Below, piece after piece: positions 24,762-36,792 of a stretch of DNA of 64,000 nt. The stretch is from Octopus vulgaris (taxonomy: Eukaryota). Both the position numbers and the translations under genes were made by a program. The notes below the pieces were generated by a model, which did no database searches, was not told the origin of the DNA, and was given only the letters and a program-made list of their open reading frames with translations. Where the stretch lies: NCBI GenBank assembly GCA_951406725.2, contig OX597815.1, positions 70,060,001 through 70,124,000 on the forward strand, in the 5' to 3' direction. Every line of letters starts with the position of its first letter. The first letter of the stretch is position 1.

Positions 24762-25655
24762 TAGTGGGGGACAAAATTAGTAACTGGGGCAAAATGAGTT
24801 ACTTTTGATTTCTCTTTATTTTCTGCCTACCTGTTTGAAATCATTACATTGCAAGTATTGTATTATTATTTTGTACTGTTTCGATGTCGACTTTGCTTTT
24901 CATCCTTTCAGGGTCGATAAATTAAGTACCAATTGCGTACTGGGGTCGATCTAATCCACTGCCCCCCCCCCACACACACACACAAAAAAAAAATCTCTGG
25001 CCTTCTTCCTAGAATGAAAAGGATTATTATGTACTGTTGCACCATCTTCAAGAGTAAAAATTGGTCAGTACAGTTGTTGTTGAAGTTGAGAGAGTTCGAA
25101 ACATAGTCGGGCGGCAAATCTTTTTTCAAGAAATTTTTCCTCAACTCTGACCTGATTGTATTTGAAGTTGTTAATAAAATATCTGGATAATTTTTGGTGC
25201 TTAAGTATCAACATTCTTTTCTCTGTTGGATTCCAAGTCAATTTTTCCCCACACTAATGTCTAATTTGATAATTTTTAAGTTTCGAAAAATTAAATCTAA
25301 AATGGACTAAAATGGGTAATGTCTAATTTCAATAATTTCTTCTGTTTAACTGTATGGTGCATAAATATGTGAGGAAGAAAGCCACTCCAGCAGATCGTGA
25401 AGAAGCTATACAGAATATTTTATGTTGAGTTTTTTTCTTTTTATTTAGTCGAGATTCGTTGATTTCATACCATTTGCCATTCGCTCCTGATCCTGTTTCT
25501 AGATACTGAAAATTTTAACTAGATACTTCAAATTCTTTTTTGATATTTCTGATCTCTGTGATGTCTAGGGATGGATATTAATGTGTATCAGTTTGTTTTC
25601 TGGAGAACTAAAGCGGTAAATTTACCTATCTTGGATTACTCATTTTGCCCCAGCC
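24762..25655 (+). mobile_element. Pogo/Tc1-mariner-superfamily-like non-autonomous remnant
   Basis: Terminal repeats ggggacaaaattagtaa and tggggcaaaatgagtta, inverted copy ttactcattttgcccca (~25636-25652); MVHKYVRKK start at ~25354 resembles a pogo-type N-terminus; a SINE is inserted at ~24880-25025. Confidence 0.45.
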
Positions 25656-25878
25656 AAATTTGTCTTTTATATGCCCAAAGAAAACGGCAATAATTTTCTG
25701 AAATACTAATCAGATTATATTATAATGCATTTGATTACATTTAGGGGAAAAAAACCATTTGCTTAGCTGATATAGTTTTTGTAAGGTAGTGAAACATTTG
25801 TAAAAATATCATTCTCTTAACCAAACCGGTAAGTTACAGACCAACATCGATTGTCAAGTGATGGTAGTAGTAGTAGTG

Positions 25879-25936
<58 letters not shown>

Positions 25937-26406
25937 CAGCAGCGGCGGCGGTGGTGGTGGTGGTGGTGGCGGCGGTGGTGGTGGTGGTGGTGGTGGTGGT
26001 ATACTTATGGATATCCCTATGTTGGAAAAAGTATTCGTAATAAAAAACATATTTCCAGCACAAAAATCTAGTAAAGCCACTTCGTTCAGAGTTTCCATTC
26101 CTCACAATCATTTCATTCCAAGTCAAAAGATCACAGCCAACAAAAGCTTTGAAGTCGCTTTGTAGAACAAATGACTCGTCTTAGCTACATCTAAAGCTGC
26201 AGTGACATCATCAAGGAAGGATTTGATTTTGACCTCACTGTTTGGTGCAGAAATAGGTGAAAAGAAGAAAAAAAAAGAAAAAATGAAAATGTGCGAAAAA
26301 GAAAAAAAAGTGAGGGATCAATGAAGAGAGAGGGACAACACGAAATCCTCCCCAATTTTACCCTTTTGTCTCTTAGACAATAGCATCGTGGAACCCGTCC
26401 ATATAT

Positions 26407-26518
<112 letters not shown>

Positions 26519-26866
26519 AGTCAACCCTGACAGTGTGGTTGTTAAGGTTTGTAACATGTTCCAGATCAATTGACTATAAGACTCCAAAAGCCTTTCCTCC
26601 AAACTGATTGGCATTGCATCATTAACGGACACACTCCAGTATCTGGTTTGCAGCAGAGTAATTCTGTGTCTCTTGTCTTTTCTATCTCTGCTCTAAAAGC
26701 CTATTTACAGAAAAGTGAGGGACGCGGGTGCAAAACGTAAAAATTTTAATTTCTTTTTTGGTATTGGTGCGGGCGTGGTCCTGTGTTCATATCCACTGCA
26801 TAGCAGTATCTTCTACTAGAGACCTTAATTGACCAAAACTTTGTGAATAGATCTGGTAGACAGGAA

Positions 26867-29327
26867 ATAATAATAATAATAATAATTGTGTACAGTGCTC
26901 AGGTGCACTACAACTCATCTAAAGTGTATATATAATCAGGTGAAGTTTCGGCGGATTTCGGAAAGCATGAGGGCCTTAAAAGATGCAGTGTCATGGCAGT
27001 CAACAACTGACGCAGGCAGTTTATTCCATGCTTCAGCAACTCTGAGCGTGAAAAAATGTTTCCGAAAGTCATGGGAGCTGTATTGTTTTCTGACTTTGTA
27101 GGCATGTCCACGTGTGTTAGACACATGGAGATCAAAAAGGTGTTCAGTGTTGTTGTTGGTGAGGTGGTTGATAACTTTGTGGGTGTTTACCAAGTCCGTC
27201 GCCAAACGCCGGAGCTTCAGTGAATCCATGCCCAGGGAAACAAGGCGCTCAGAATATGGTAGGTGTCTGATGGAGGGTATGCGTTTGGTTGCACGTCTCT
27301 GGACAGATTCCAGGAGGTCAATGTTCTGTGCAAGATAGGGGTTCCAAACTGATGATGCGAATTCCAAGTGTGGTCGTACCATAGCTGTATACAGTTTTAA
27401 ATAGATGGCTGGAGAGCGGCTAACAAAAGACCTGCTGAGTGATGCCAAGACACCCTCGGCCTTCCTGACAATCTTAGAGATATGCTTTGACCAACGCAAA
27501 TCACTGCTGACAGTGATGCCTAGGTCACGCTCGCAAGAGGATTTCTTGATATCAGTGTTGTGGAGGGAGTATGTGAACGCAGGGTTTTTTCTCCCAAAAT
27601 GCATGGTGGTACACTTGTCCACAGCCAGTTTCAGTTGCCAGTCTGTGATCCATTGCTGCATTGTGTCTAGGTCTGATTGCAGGAAAGAGTTGTAGACATC
27701 AGGATCTGTCCTCTTGATTTCAAGGTACAGCTTGACGTCGTCTGCATATTTCAATACTGTGGCATTCTTTAAATTGGCATCTATGTCGTTAATGTATGCC
27801 ACAAACAAGAGGGGACCAAGGACAGATCCCTGTGGTACACCCGATGACATCTCATATGGTGTAGAGTGCTGTCCTAGAACTGTGACTACCTCCTTTCGGC
27901 TGAGGATGAAGGATTTCAACCAGTTAAAAAGGTCATCCCCCACACCCATTGCAGAGAGTTTCACCATAAGCCTTTTGTGTGGCACAGAGTTGAAAGCCTT
28001 AGCAAAGTCAAGGTAGACAACATCCACCCATGAGCCACTGTCAGTAATCTGAGTAATGTCCTCAAGGAACTCGACAAGCTGGTCACTGCAGCTGGAGTTA
28101 GGGACAAATCCATATTGTGAGGGTCGGATGAGACTGTGAGAGCTCCAGAAGTTCCAGAGTGTTTCTCTGACACACGATTCCATCAGTTTTGCAATACAGC
28201 TAGTGAGACTGACTGGGCGATAGTTGACAGGTGATGTGCGGTCGCCCTTTTTGAACAGAGGAATGACACTGGCAGTTTTCCACTGCTCCGGAGTAGCACC
28301 ATTGTTGAGACAGTACTGGAAGAAAATAGAAAGCTGGTGTAAAAGGAAGTGCCTGCCACGTTTGAGAAGCAGGTATGTAACTCCATCGAGACCAGGGGAG
28401 GCATAGTTGCGCTTATTTTGAAGGTGACGTCGCAGCATTGCAGGTGTAAATTCCATAGTTGTTATGGAGTTTGCTGTTAGTGATGGTGAAGATGGTACAT
28501 TTTGACTTTCAACAGTGAATATGTTTGCATAGCACTCGGCAATGAGTTCTGCGCATTCCTTGGGGTCGTCAGTGATCTGGTTTGTGTGAGGGTTGCGAAG
28601 AGGGCCCACTGGAGAGTGAGGTCTCTGCTTTGAGTGCACATATTTCCAGAAAACCTTGCTGTCAGGATTGGCTGCTATGCACTGTTCAAATTCAAGCACT
28701 GCTTTTTTTGTCACTTGCTTGAGATGGTTGGAGGATTTATTCCGCTTCTTCCTGATGGTGTCTGATTTATGCAACCTGTATTCCCGTTCAGCAGTCCGAC
28801 GTTCCCTCCTGGCAAGTCGGACCGCTGAAGTTTCCCAAATTGCCCTTTTGGGGCGGTTCTTCTTTTTTTGTTTACGTGGCACTGATGCTGCACATGCTGC
28901 CCATATTGAGTCCAGGATACTCTGGAGTATAGTATTCACATCTCCAGAGTTGTAGAATTCACGCCAGTTTGGGTGCTGTAGTTCAGTGTGGTACAGGTTC
29001 CAATCTGCTCTCTTCCAATCGAAGGAAGCAGATTGGAGATGGTTCAGGTTTTTGTTGCCCGCAAGAGCCAGATTGGCGATGATCATAGCATGATCAGAGT
29101 CACCTAGAGGTTCCTCCGTAGTGCAATTGATAACCGCTTCAGGAGTTGTGGTGAAGAGCAGGTCCAAGGTGTTGTCGCCTCTTGTTGGAGAGGTGACTAC
29201 TTGTGACCAGTTTGAGTCCAGCACAAGCTCAACAAAATCGTTTGCACTCTGTGGCCAATGGAAGGTCTCCCAATCGATCTCAGGATGATTGAAATCGCCT
29301 GCAATAAACACATAAGTGGCTGTTTTG
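26867..29327 (-). mobile_element. Young 5'-truncated CR1-type LINE; ORF2 open for ~800 codons (APE C-terminal half + RT), (ATT)n tail
   Basis: FIAGDFNHP, TRGDNTLDL, SDH, YRPVSLTS, YLDFAKAF, GVPQGSVLGP, YADD, RPHLEFA, HFFTLRV; stop at 26936; splits a SINE. Confidence 0.95.
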
Positions 29328-29344
29328 AATGAAAGAAGCTTATC

Positions 29345-29519
29345 GTGTATGCATATAAGTATGTACATACATACACACACACACATACATACATACATAC
29401 ATACATACATACATACATACATACATACATACATACATGTATGCATGCATATACACACATACATACATACATACATGCATGCATGCATACATACATAGAT
29501 ACATACATACATACATACA

Positions 29520-29550
<31 letters not shown>

Positions 29551-29560
29551 GTATATATGC
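29345..29560. repeat. (CATA)n compound microsatellite
   Basis: Read directly. Confidence 0.95.
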
Positions 29561-29719
29561 ATGCACGCGCGCGCGCGTGTGTTTGTGTGTGTTGTGAAGG
29601 GATGTATCTTGTTTTAACCATCATCCTTTAAATCTTAAGAAGGTCTTCCAGATTTTTATATTTCGTTTTTGGATTTGGTTTGCAAGATTCTTTATGTGAG
29701 TTCGTGTGTTGAAGCATAT

Positions 29720-29920
29720 TCTGATGTGTTTGGGGAGAGTCATTTTCTTTTTGTGCCTTATATTTTAACACACTCACCGGTAAAATTTCCACTATTGAAA
29801 AGGTTGCAAGACGCAACGAAAATTTTAGGAAAAAAAAAAAAGAAAGAAGTGGAAATTTACCGGTGAGTGTATTAAATTATAAGGCACAAAAAGAAAATGA
29901 CTCTCCCCAGACACAACAGA
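29720..29920. repeat. Inverted repeat, ~73-bp arms with ~54-bp spacer
   Basis: tctgatgtgtttggggagagtc...aatttccact and agtggaaattt...gactctccccagacacaacaga. Confidence 0.9.
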
Positions 29921-31567
29921 TTTTTATAGTTTCAGTTATCAGGATCATTTGTAACATATGAGCTAAGGATTTACACATCCTCTCCAACCAAAATTCCAAG
30001 TTCAGTCATATACTATTCTAGACGTGTTGGAATGTATCCTGTTGCTCCAATAATAAAAGATATGAAGCTGAAAGTTTGCCTCGTGTACTGGATTTGCAAA
30101 CTCTTTCTCTTGTATTTTCTAACCAAATTTGTGTCCAGAGGGTAGCTGATTTCCCTGTGTGTGTGTGTGTGTGTTATATTTGTTTTCCACCACCACTTGC
30201 CAACCGGTATCAGTTTATTCTTTTTTTTTCTTTTATTCTTTTCAGTCATTTGACCCCAGGACTTATTCTTTGTAAGCCTGGTTCTTATTCCATCGGTTGT
30301 TTTGCCGAACCGCTAAGTTGCGGAAACGTAAACACACCTACATCGGTTATCAAGCGATGGTGGGGGGACAAACACAGGCACAAAGACACACACGCACAAA
30401 CACATACACATACATACATATACATAATATATATATATATATATATACGACGTGCTTCTTTCAGTTTCCGTCTACCAAAACCACGCACAAAGCTTTAGTC
30501 GGCCCGAGGCTATAGTAGAAGATACTTGCCACGCAGTGAAACTGAACCAGAAACCATGTGATTGGTAATCAAGCTCTTTACCATACGCCTACTTTCCCGT
30601 AACTTTGTGGTTCGTCAAAAAACTTCGACAGAGTAAGTTACTGACTTAAAACATAAGTACTGGGCTCGATTTGTTCGACTGAAACCGTTCAAAACAGTGC
30701 TCCAGCATGGCTGAAACAAGTAAAAGATATATATGATAAACCATAAGTTTCATAGTATAAAACAGAAAAAAAAAATCTACCCCGTTCCTTTCCCATGAGA
30801 TGTGGAACTTCGAGGGATAGCTATCCCCAAATCCTGCCAAAATAACTAGCTTAGGTTGAGTTAATAAACTTTTATAAGAGTTGATTTTTTTTTTAATTAA
30901 TTTTGTATCTAGTCCGAATAAAAGAATTTACTCAGAAATATTTTTCCTGTCGTTTTCTATTTTTTTGTTCTGACATCTCTCGATGCAAGGGAGATAACAA
31001 AATGGCAACTACAAGTTGGCAACTAATTTCTTTTTGCAGGACGAAATACTTAGCAGCATTCCGTTCAGTGTTCTAATTCGGCCGAGGTCGACTTTGACTT
31101 TCATCCTTTCGGGGTCGTTAAAATAAGTGCAACTTGAGCAGTGGGTTCGATGTAATCGACTAGTCCCTACCTCCAAAGTTTCAGGCTTTTGTATTTACTT
31201 TTTATTTGTTTCAGTCATTGGATTGCGGCTATGCAGAGGCATCGTCTTACGGAGGTTTAGTCGAACAAATCAACAATTGTAAATTATTTTAAAAGTTTGG
31301 TTCTTTTACTGAACCGCTAGGTTACGAGTACATAAACAAACCAACTCCAGCTGTCAAACGGTAGGGAGAACAAATACTAACACAAAAACACATGCAGAAA
31401 CATAACACACACACACATATATATACATACAAGATATGAGAAGTTTAGGTCAAGGTAACCCAAACAAATAGGTATGTCTTCTGAGTGCTCGCTCCAATGG
31501 GTAACGCTCCAAAATTCCAGTTAGACCAGCAGCTGGCAGTTGGTAGTTTACTTTTGAGTCTGTACGC

Positions 31568-31806
31568 ATCAGTTAAAGTAGTGAGGAAGGGAAGCAATTA
31601 GTCAAGGCAGGACTATGGCATTTCAATTCATTTAATTCAATCTAAAATCAGTAAAATGATACAAAACTGGTAAAGATAGTATAGATAGTCTCTACTATCT
31701 TCACCAGTTTTGTACTATTTTACTATTTTTAGATTGAATTAAATGAATTTAAACGCCCTAGTCCTGCTTTGACTAATCGCTTGCCTTCCTCACTACTTTA
31801 ACTGAT
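31568..31806. repeat. Near-perfect 239-bp palindrome (foldback MITE-like)
   Basis: atcagttaaagtagtgaggaagg...aaagatagt mirrored by actatctt...ccttcctcactactttaactgat with almost no loop. Confidence 0.92.
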
Positions 31807-31821
31807 TCAAATTCACTAATT

Positions 31822-32313
31822 CTATGACTGGCACCCGTGCCAGTGGAGCGCTAAGAGCACCATCCGAGCATGATCACTGCCAAAGCAGCACACTGGCTTC
31901 TGTGCCGGAGGCACGTAAAAAGCACCATTCAAACGTGATTATTACCAGCATCGCCTTATTGGCACTTGTGCTGGTGGCACGGGAAAAATATTCAAGCGAG
32001 GTCGTTGCCAGTGCCACTGGACTGGCTCTTGTGTAGGTGGCACGTAAAAAACACCACTTGAATGTGGCCATTGCCAGTACCGCCTGACTGACCAGTACTG
32101 CCTGACTGACCAGTACTGCCTGACTGGCCAGTACCGCCTGGCTGGTAAAAGCACCCACTACACTCTCAGAGTAGTTGGCGTTAGGAAGGGCATCCAGCTG
32201 TAGAAACTCTGCCAGATCAGATTGGAGCCTGGTGCAGCCATCTGGTTTACCAGTCCTCAGTCAAATTGTCCAACGCATGCTAGAATGGAAAGCAGACGTT
32301 AGATGATGATGAT
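31822..32313 (+). mobile_element. RTE 3' UTR fragment with internal tandem repeats (18-bp ccagtactgcctgactga x4) and (GAT)n tail
   Basis: Reverse complement of 56992-57307 with modular repeats. Confidence 0.8.
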
Positions 32314-32800
32314 GATATATATATATATATATATACACATATGTGTATATATACATATATATGTAGATATAGATGTATGGCTAAGAAGTTTGCTTCCCAA
32401 CTGCATTGTTTAAGGTTCAATCCCATTGTGTAGCACCTTGGACAAGTGTCTTCCACTCCAAGCCAACCAAAGCCTTGGGTGGAGGGGAACAGAAAGAAGC
32501 CTATCGTTTTTATGTATGTATGTATGTATGTATTTTTGTATGTGTGTGTGTGTGTGTGTTTCCTCTTAACATTGCATGATAGTTGTAAATACAACTCATT
32601 ATATACAACTCATACAAGCAATCTCATTTGATTTCCAATATACTGTAAAAGCATGTATGCCCACACAGAAATATTACCTTGGAAACAGGCAGTGGTTAGT
32701 GACACGAGGGGCAACTGGCCATAGAAAATCTGCCTAAATAAACTCCAGATTATACAAGTATGGAAAAGTGGATGCTAAAACGATGATGATGATGTATACA

Positions 32801-32850
<50 letters not shown>

Positions 32851-32914
32851 TGTCTGTAAGATTTTGGAGGGTTTAGCACCTAGCTTTGGGACTGAATTGA
32901 ACACCACTGCATAC

Positions 32915-34040
32915 GGTATAGTGCTGAGGTGTACTATCATATATCAGAAAAGGGTAAAAGAGGGGACAGAGCACAGAGATATAAGTCAACTAAAGAAAGA
33001 CAGCAATGAAAGTTAAAAGTACATGCATAGTACACAGAATAGAATACAAAAAGACAGAAAAGGGGATGTTATGGGAATCATAAAAAGGAAAGGCGACATA
33101 AGCACATCAGGAGTAGAATTGGTGAATTTCAGAGAATATGGAATTTCTTTGAAAGATTCAGTGTTCTAACAGCTTACAAGAATATTCCATGTTTTGGCAA
33201 TTCTGAGAGTAAAAAAATGTTTCTGAAAATTATGAGTGCTTTCCTGTTTTTTGAATTTATAAGCATGTTCATGAATAGTAGAGATATTGGTTTCAAATTT
33301 CAGCACAAGGCTAATAGTTTTGGAGAAGGATTAAAGTTAATTACATCAACCCCAGTACTCAAACTGGTACTTATTTTATTGACCCTGAAAGGATAAAAGG
33401 CAAAGTTGACTTTGGCAGAATTTGAACTCATGGCTGTGTGGTTAGGAAATTTACTTCCCAGCCACTGGCTTCAGGTGCAGCCGACTGGAGCCTTGTGATT
33501 GAATTTGGTAGGTAGAATTTACTATCGTGTGTGTAAGTTCTTGTGCCCCTATCAGAGAGGATGGGCAAAAGGCGGCTGAGCATGCTAATACTGCCAGCTC
33601 GCCATCTCACAAATGGTAAAGATATTGGTTTCAGATTTTGACACAAGGCCAGCAATTTCAGGGGAGGGGATTAGTTGATTTCATCAACACTAGTGCTCAA
33701 CTGGTACTTATTTTATAGACTATGTAAAAGGAATTTGAACTTAAAATGTAAAGACAGACAAAAATGACACTAAGAATTTTGTCTGGCATACTAAGAGCTC
33801 TGCAAACCCACAACCTCACAAATGACCAAGATAATGAATTAAAAACAAAAAATGGTGGCCAAAATTCTTGTTGGAAAGATGGTGGATAATCTTCTGTGCT
33901 TCTACCAAGTCAGCTGCTAGACATTGAAACTTATGTCAGTTGATGCCCTGAGAAGTTTAAGGATACATTCTTCACTCTCTGCCTCCCCACCTTACCCCTA
34001 ACAACTCTTGGAGGCTCTGCAAAGAGTCAAGAGCATTGTG
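32915..34040 (-). mobile_element. Old CR1 3' end related to the 26.9-29.3 kb element, interrupted by SINEs (~33280-33830)
   Basis: 33120-33275 aligns by eye to 26940-27112; agtgctgaggtgtacta matches agtgctcaggtgcacta; ~33880-33920 reads LAADLVEAQKIIHH versus LATDLVNTHKVINH. Confidence 0.65.
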
Positions 34041-34619
34041 TTCTTTCCTAAATAAAAGATTAAAAAATAAATAAAAAGACATGACATATTCAAAAAGAAA
34101 TTTCTGGAATTTTATTTTATTTATTTTATTATTTTTACTCCTATTCTGAAATATGAGCCACCGTCACCACCATCACCACTGCCTCCATATTATATGTATG
34201 AATTGGATTTAGATGATGTCATTTCGTTAAAAAAACAAAACTAATTATTTTTTTAAATAATGAAGAGACAAAACAAAAAAAATAATAATCAATATTAAAA
34301 ACAAAACAAAAAATATTAATGGAAGAATTGATAAAAAAATATACTATTTGTTCTGAGAGCATTAGAGACAAACAAAAAGGAATGCCTTCTATAGTGGTTA
34401 ATAATATTACCAATTCTTTGTAGCTTTTGTTGTTATTCTATTGTTTATGATTCCGTTTGGATATTTTCTTTGGTAAATTACAATTTAAAGAATTCTTTAC
34501 AAATTTGAGAAACTATTTGTGTAATGACAGTTTTATTAACATTTTTTAATATTTTGTTAAAAAAAGTTAGATAATATTTCCTTGGATACTGCTACTCCTC
34601 CTCCTTCAATTGTTACTTA

Positions 34620-34672
<53 letters not shown>

Positions 34673-34729
34673 GTTGTTGTTGTTGTTGTTATTATTATTA
34701 TTATTTTCTTTTTTTTATTATTCTTATTT

Positions 34730-35880
34730 AAGGTGGTGAGCTGGCAGAATTGTTAGCACACGGCAATATGCTTAGCAGTATTTCATCTGTCTTTGTGTTC
34801 TGAGTTCAATTTCCTCCAACATCAACTTCGCCTTTCATCCTTTCAGGGTCGATAAAATAAGTACCAGTTGAGTACTGGGGGTCGATGTAATCAACTATCC
34901 TCCTCCGCCCAAATTTCAGTCCTTGTACCTATTGTAGAAAAGATTATTATTATTATTGTTATTATCATTATCAAGGTGACAAGCTGGCAGAATCATTAGC
35001 ACACTGGACAAAATGCTTAGCAGCATTTCGTCCTTCTTTGCATTCTGAGTTCAAATTCTGCTGAGGTCAACTTTGCCTTTCATCCTTTCAGAGTTGATGA
35101 ATTAAGTACCAATTGAGGTCGATATAATCAGCTTGCCCCCTCCCACAAAATTTCAGGCCTCGTGCCTTTAGTAGAAAGGATTATTATTATTATTATTAAG
35201 GTGGCAAGCTGGTAGAATCATTAGCACACTGGGCAAAATGCTTAGTGGCATTTCATCTGTCTCTATGTTCTGAGTTCAAATTCTGCCAGGGTCAACTTTG
35301 CTTTCACCTTTTCAGGGTAGATAAAATAAGTACCAGCTGAATACTGAGGTTGAGGTAACTGACTTACTCCCTCCCCACAAATTGCTGACCTTGCACCAAA
35401 ATTTATAATCAAGGTCATCAATATCATCAACATCATTACTGTATTATTAAAGTAGCAAGCTGATAGAATCATTAGTGCATCTGACAAAATGCTTAGCAGC
35501 ATTTTTCCAGCACTTTTCGTTCTGAGTTCAAATCCTGCCAAAATCTCAACTTTACCTTTCATCCTTTTGGAGTTGATGAAATAAAGTACTAGTCAATTAC
35601 TGAGGTCAATGTAATTGATTCTACTCCCCTCAAAATTACTGGCCTTGTGCCAAACTTAGAAAGAATTCCTATTAAGGGTGATGGCTGGCTAGAATCATTT
35701 AAATGTTGACAAAGTGTCATGTGATATTTGTTCCAGCTCTTTAGGTTCTGAGTTAAAATTTCCTCAAGGGTGACTTTGCCTTTCATCCTTTTGGGATCAA
35801 TAGAATAAGTACCAGTTGGGCATTGGGGTTGATGTAATTGACTTCCCCTTCTCTCAAGTCTACTGACTTTGTGTCAGAAA
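34730..35880 (+). mobile_element. Five head-to-tail copies of a ~210-bp tRNA-derived SINE (family B) separated by (ATT)n-like tails
   Basis: Units start at ~34730, 34973, 35198, 35449 and 35672 (aaggtggtgagctggcagaat..gttcaaattc..gcctttcatcctttc..gataaaataagtacc); dispersed copies at ~6440(-), 8250(-), 20300(-), 31040, 37085, 46695, 63432. Confidence 0.88.
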
Positions 35881-35999
35881 TGCAGTTGGCACCTCGGACG
35901 ACTGCCCGAGTTGCCGCTGCCTTGAGTCAACCCTGCACCTGCCTTTTCAGTGCCTTCATCATAGTCCGTTCAGATGCAAACAGTTGGACCAGATCTTCT

Positions 36000-36424
36000 G
36001 GCGTAACTACAGAAATGCACCTCACCCTGACTTCGTTTCCTCATAACTTTCTGAGAAATTAGTATTTGTTGAAATTTTCTACAAATGCTTTTCAGATGGT
36101 ATAGATAACGATTATATCGGAATTTAATGTGGAAAGAAAAAAATGGGTTGGGAGTAGGCATTATATGCCCCCGACTTTGTTTCCTTACATGTTCCGATAA
36201 TGTAGATTACAATTTTGTTGAGAAGAAATAACATCCATATCAGGACATGAGGATTATCCAAAATTCCTCCCTTCCTATGAAAAATCTTCCTCAGTAAATT
36301 CCGATATAAACGCAATCTACACCACCTAAAAAGAATTTGTAGAAAATTTCATTAAAAAATATCCATTTGTCAGAATTTTATGAGGAAACAAATGTCAGTG
36401 AGTCATATTTGTGTAGTTATGCCC
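36000..36424. mobile_element. Related long-TIR MITE (~130-bp TIRs) about 290 bp upstream of the MRPS27 ATG
   Basis: ggcgtaactacagaaat... and ...atttgtgtagttatgccc; shares gaaattttctac / gtagaaaatttc with the 18.3-kb element. Confidence 0.8.
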
Positions 36425-36646
36425 TCTAATATAAACCCATCCTGATGTGTTGTTTCCTATTCCAGCAGTTCACGAGATATGATATCTTCACCTACAAGTC
36501 TCAGATACTCTTTCAAAAGATCACAAGCAATTCTCTTCAATTTAAAATAACCGCACAAAAATATTAACATTAAAGCAGTCAATGGTATTTATTAAAACAA
36601 CAAAAACTGTTCAGGCTCCAAATCAAGTAGAGCAACTGTTATCTAT

Positions 36647-36660
36647 TTCCGACGGAAGTG
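36647..36660 (+). promoter_or_regulatory. ETS/GABP-like site (CGGAAGTG) within an inverted TTCCG-A-CGGAA palindrome; candidate MRPS27 core promoter
   Basis: ttccgacggaagtg about 50 nt upstream of the ATG; such sites are typical of nuclear-encoded mitochondrial and housekeeping gene promoters. Confidence 0.55.
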
Positions 36661-36710
36661 AATAAAGCAACAAACAGCACACGCTTTGTATGTTCTGTTC
36701 TCTCTCAGTC

Positions 36711-36792
36711 ATGGCTCAACCATGTGTTCTTCGGTCTCTGTATCGATCTATAAAACGGAGTAGTCAAATATTTCCTGGATTAAACTTCTCAG
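36711..36792 (+). CDS. MRPS27: MRPS27 coding exon 1 (MAQPCVLRSLYRSIKRSSQIFPGLNFS; presequence-like)
   Basis: ATG at 36711; donor AG|gtaaaa; phase 1 matches exon 2; lies in a CpG-richer unique region with an ETS motif upstream. Confidence 0.78.

Noticed and set aside
27114-28955. Plus-strand ORFs opposite the CR1, and likewise opposite the RTE at 57.3-60.1 kb
   Set aside because: Antisense shadows of transposon coding sequence
29328-29566. N-terminus of the 876-aa ORF (MHAYIHMYVCMYVC...)
   Set aside because: Translation of a (TATG)n microsatellite and SINE flank that happens to be in frame with the truncated CR1 ORF2; not a real fusion protein start
35881-35997. GC-rich segment as an exon of a divergent gene
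   Set aside because: No convincing splice sites or homology; could be repeat-derived
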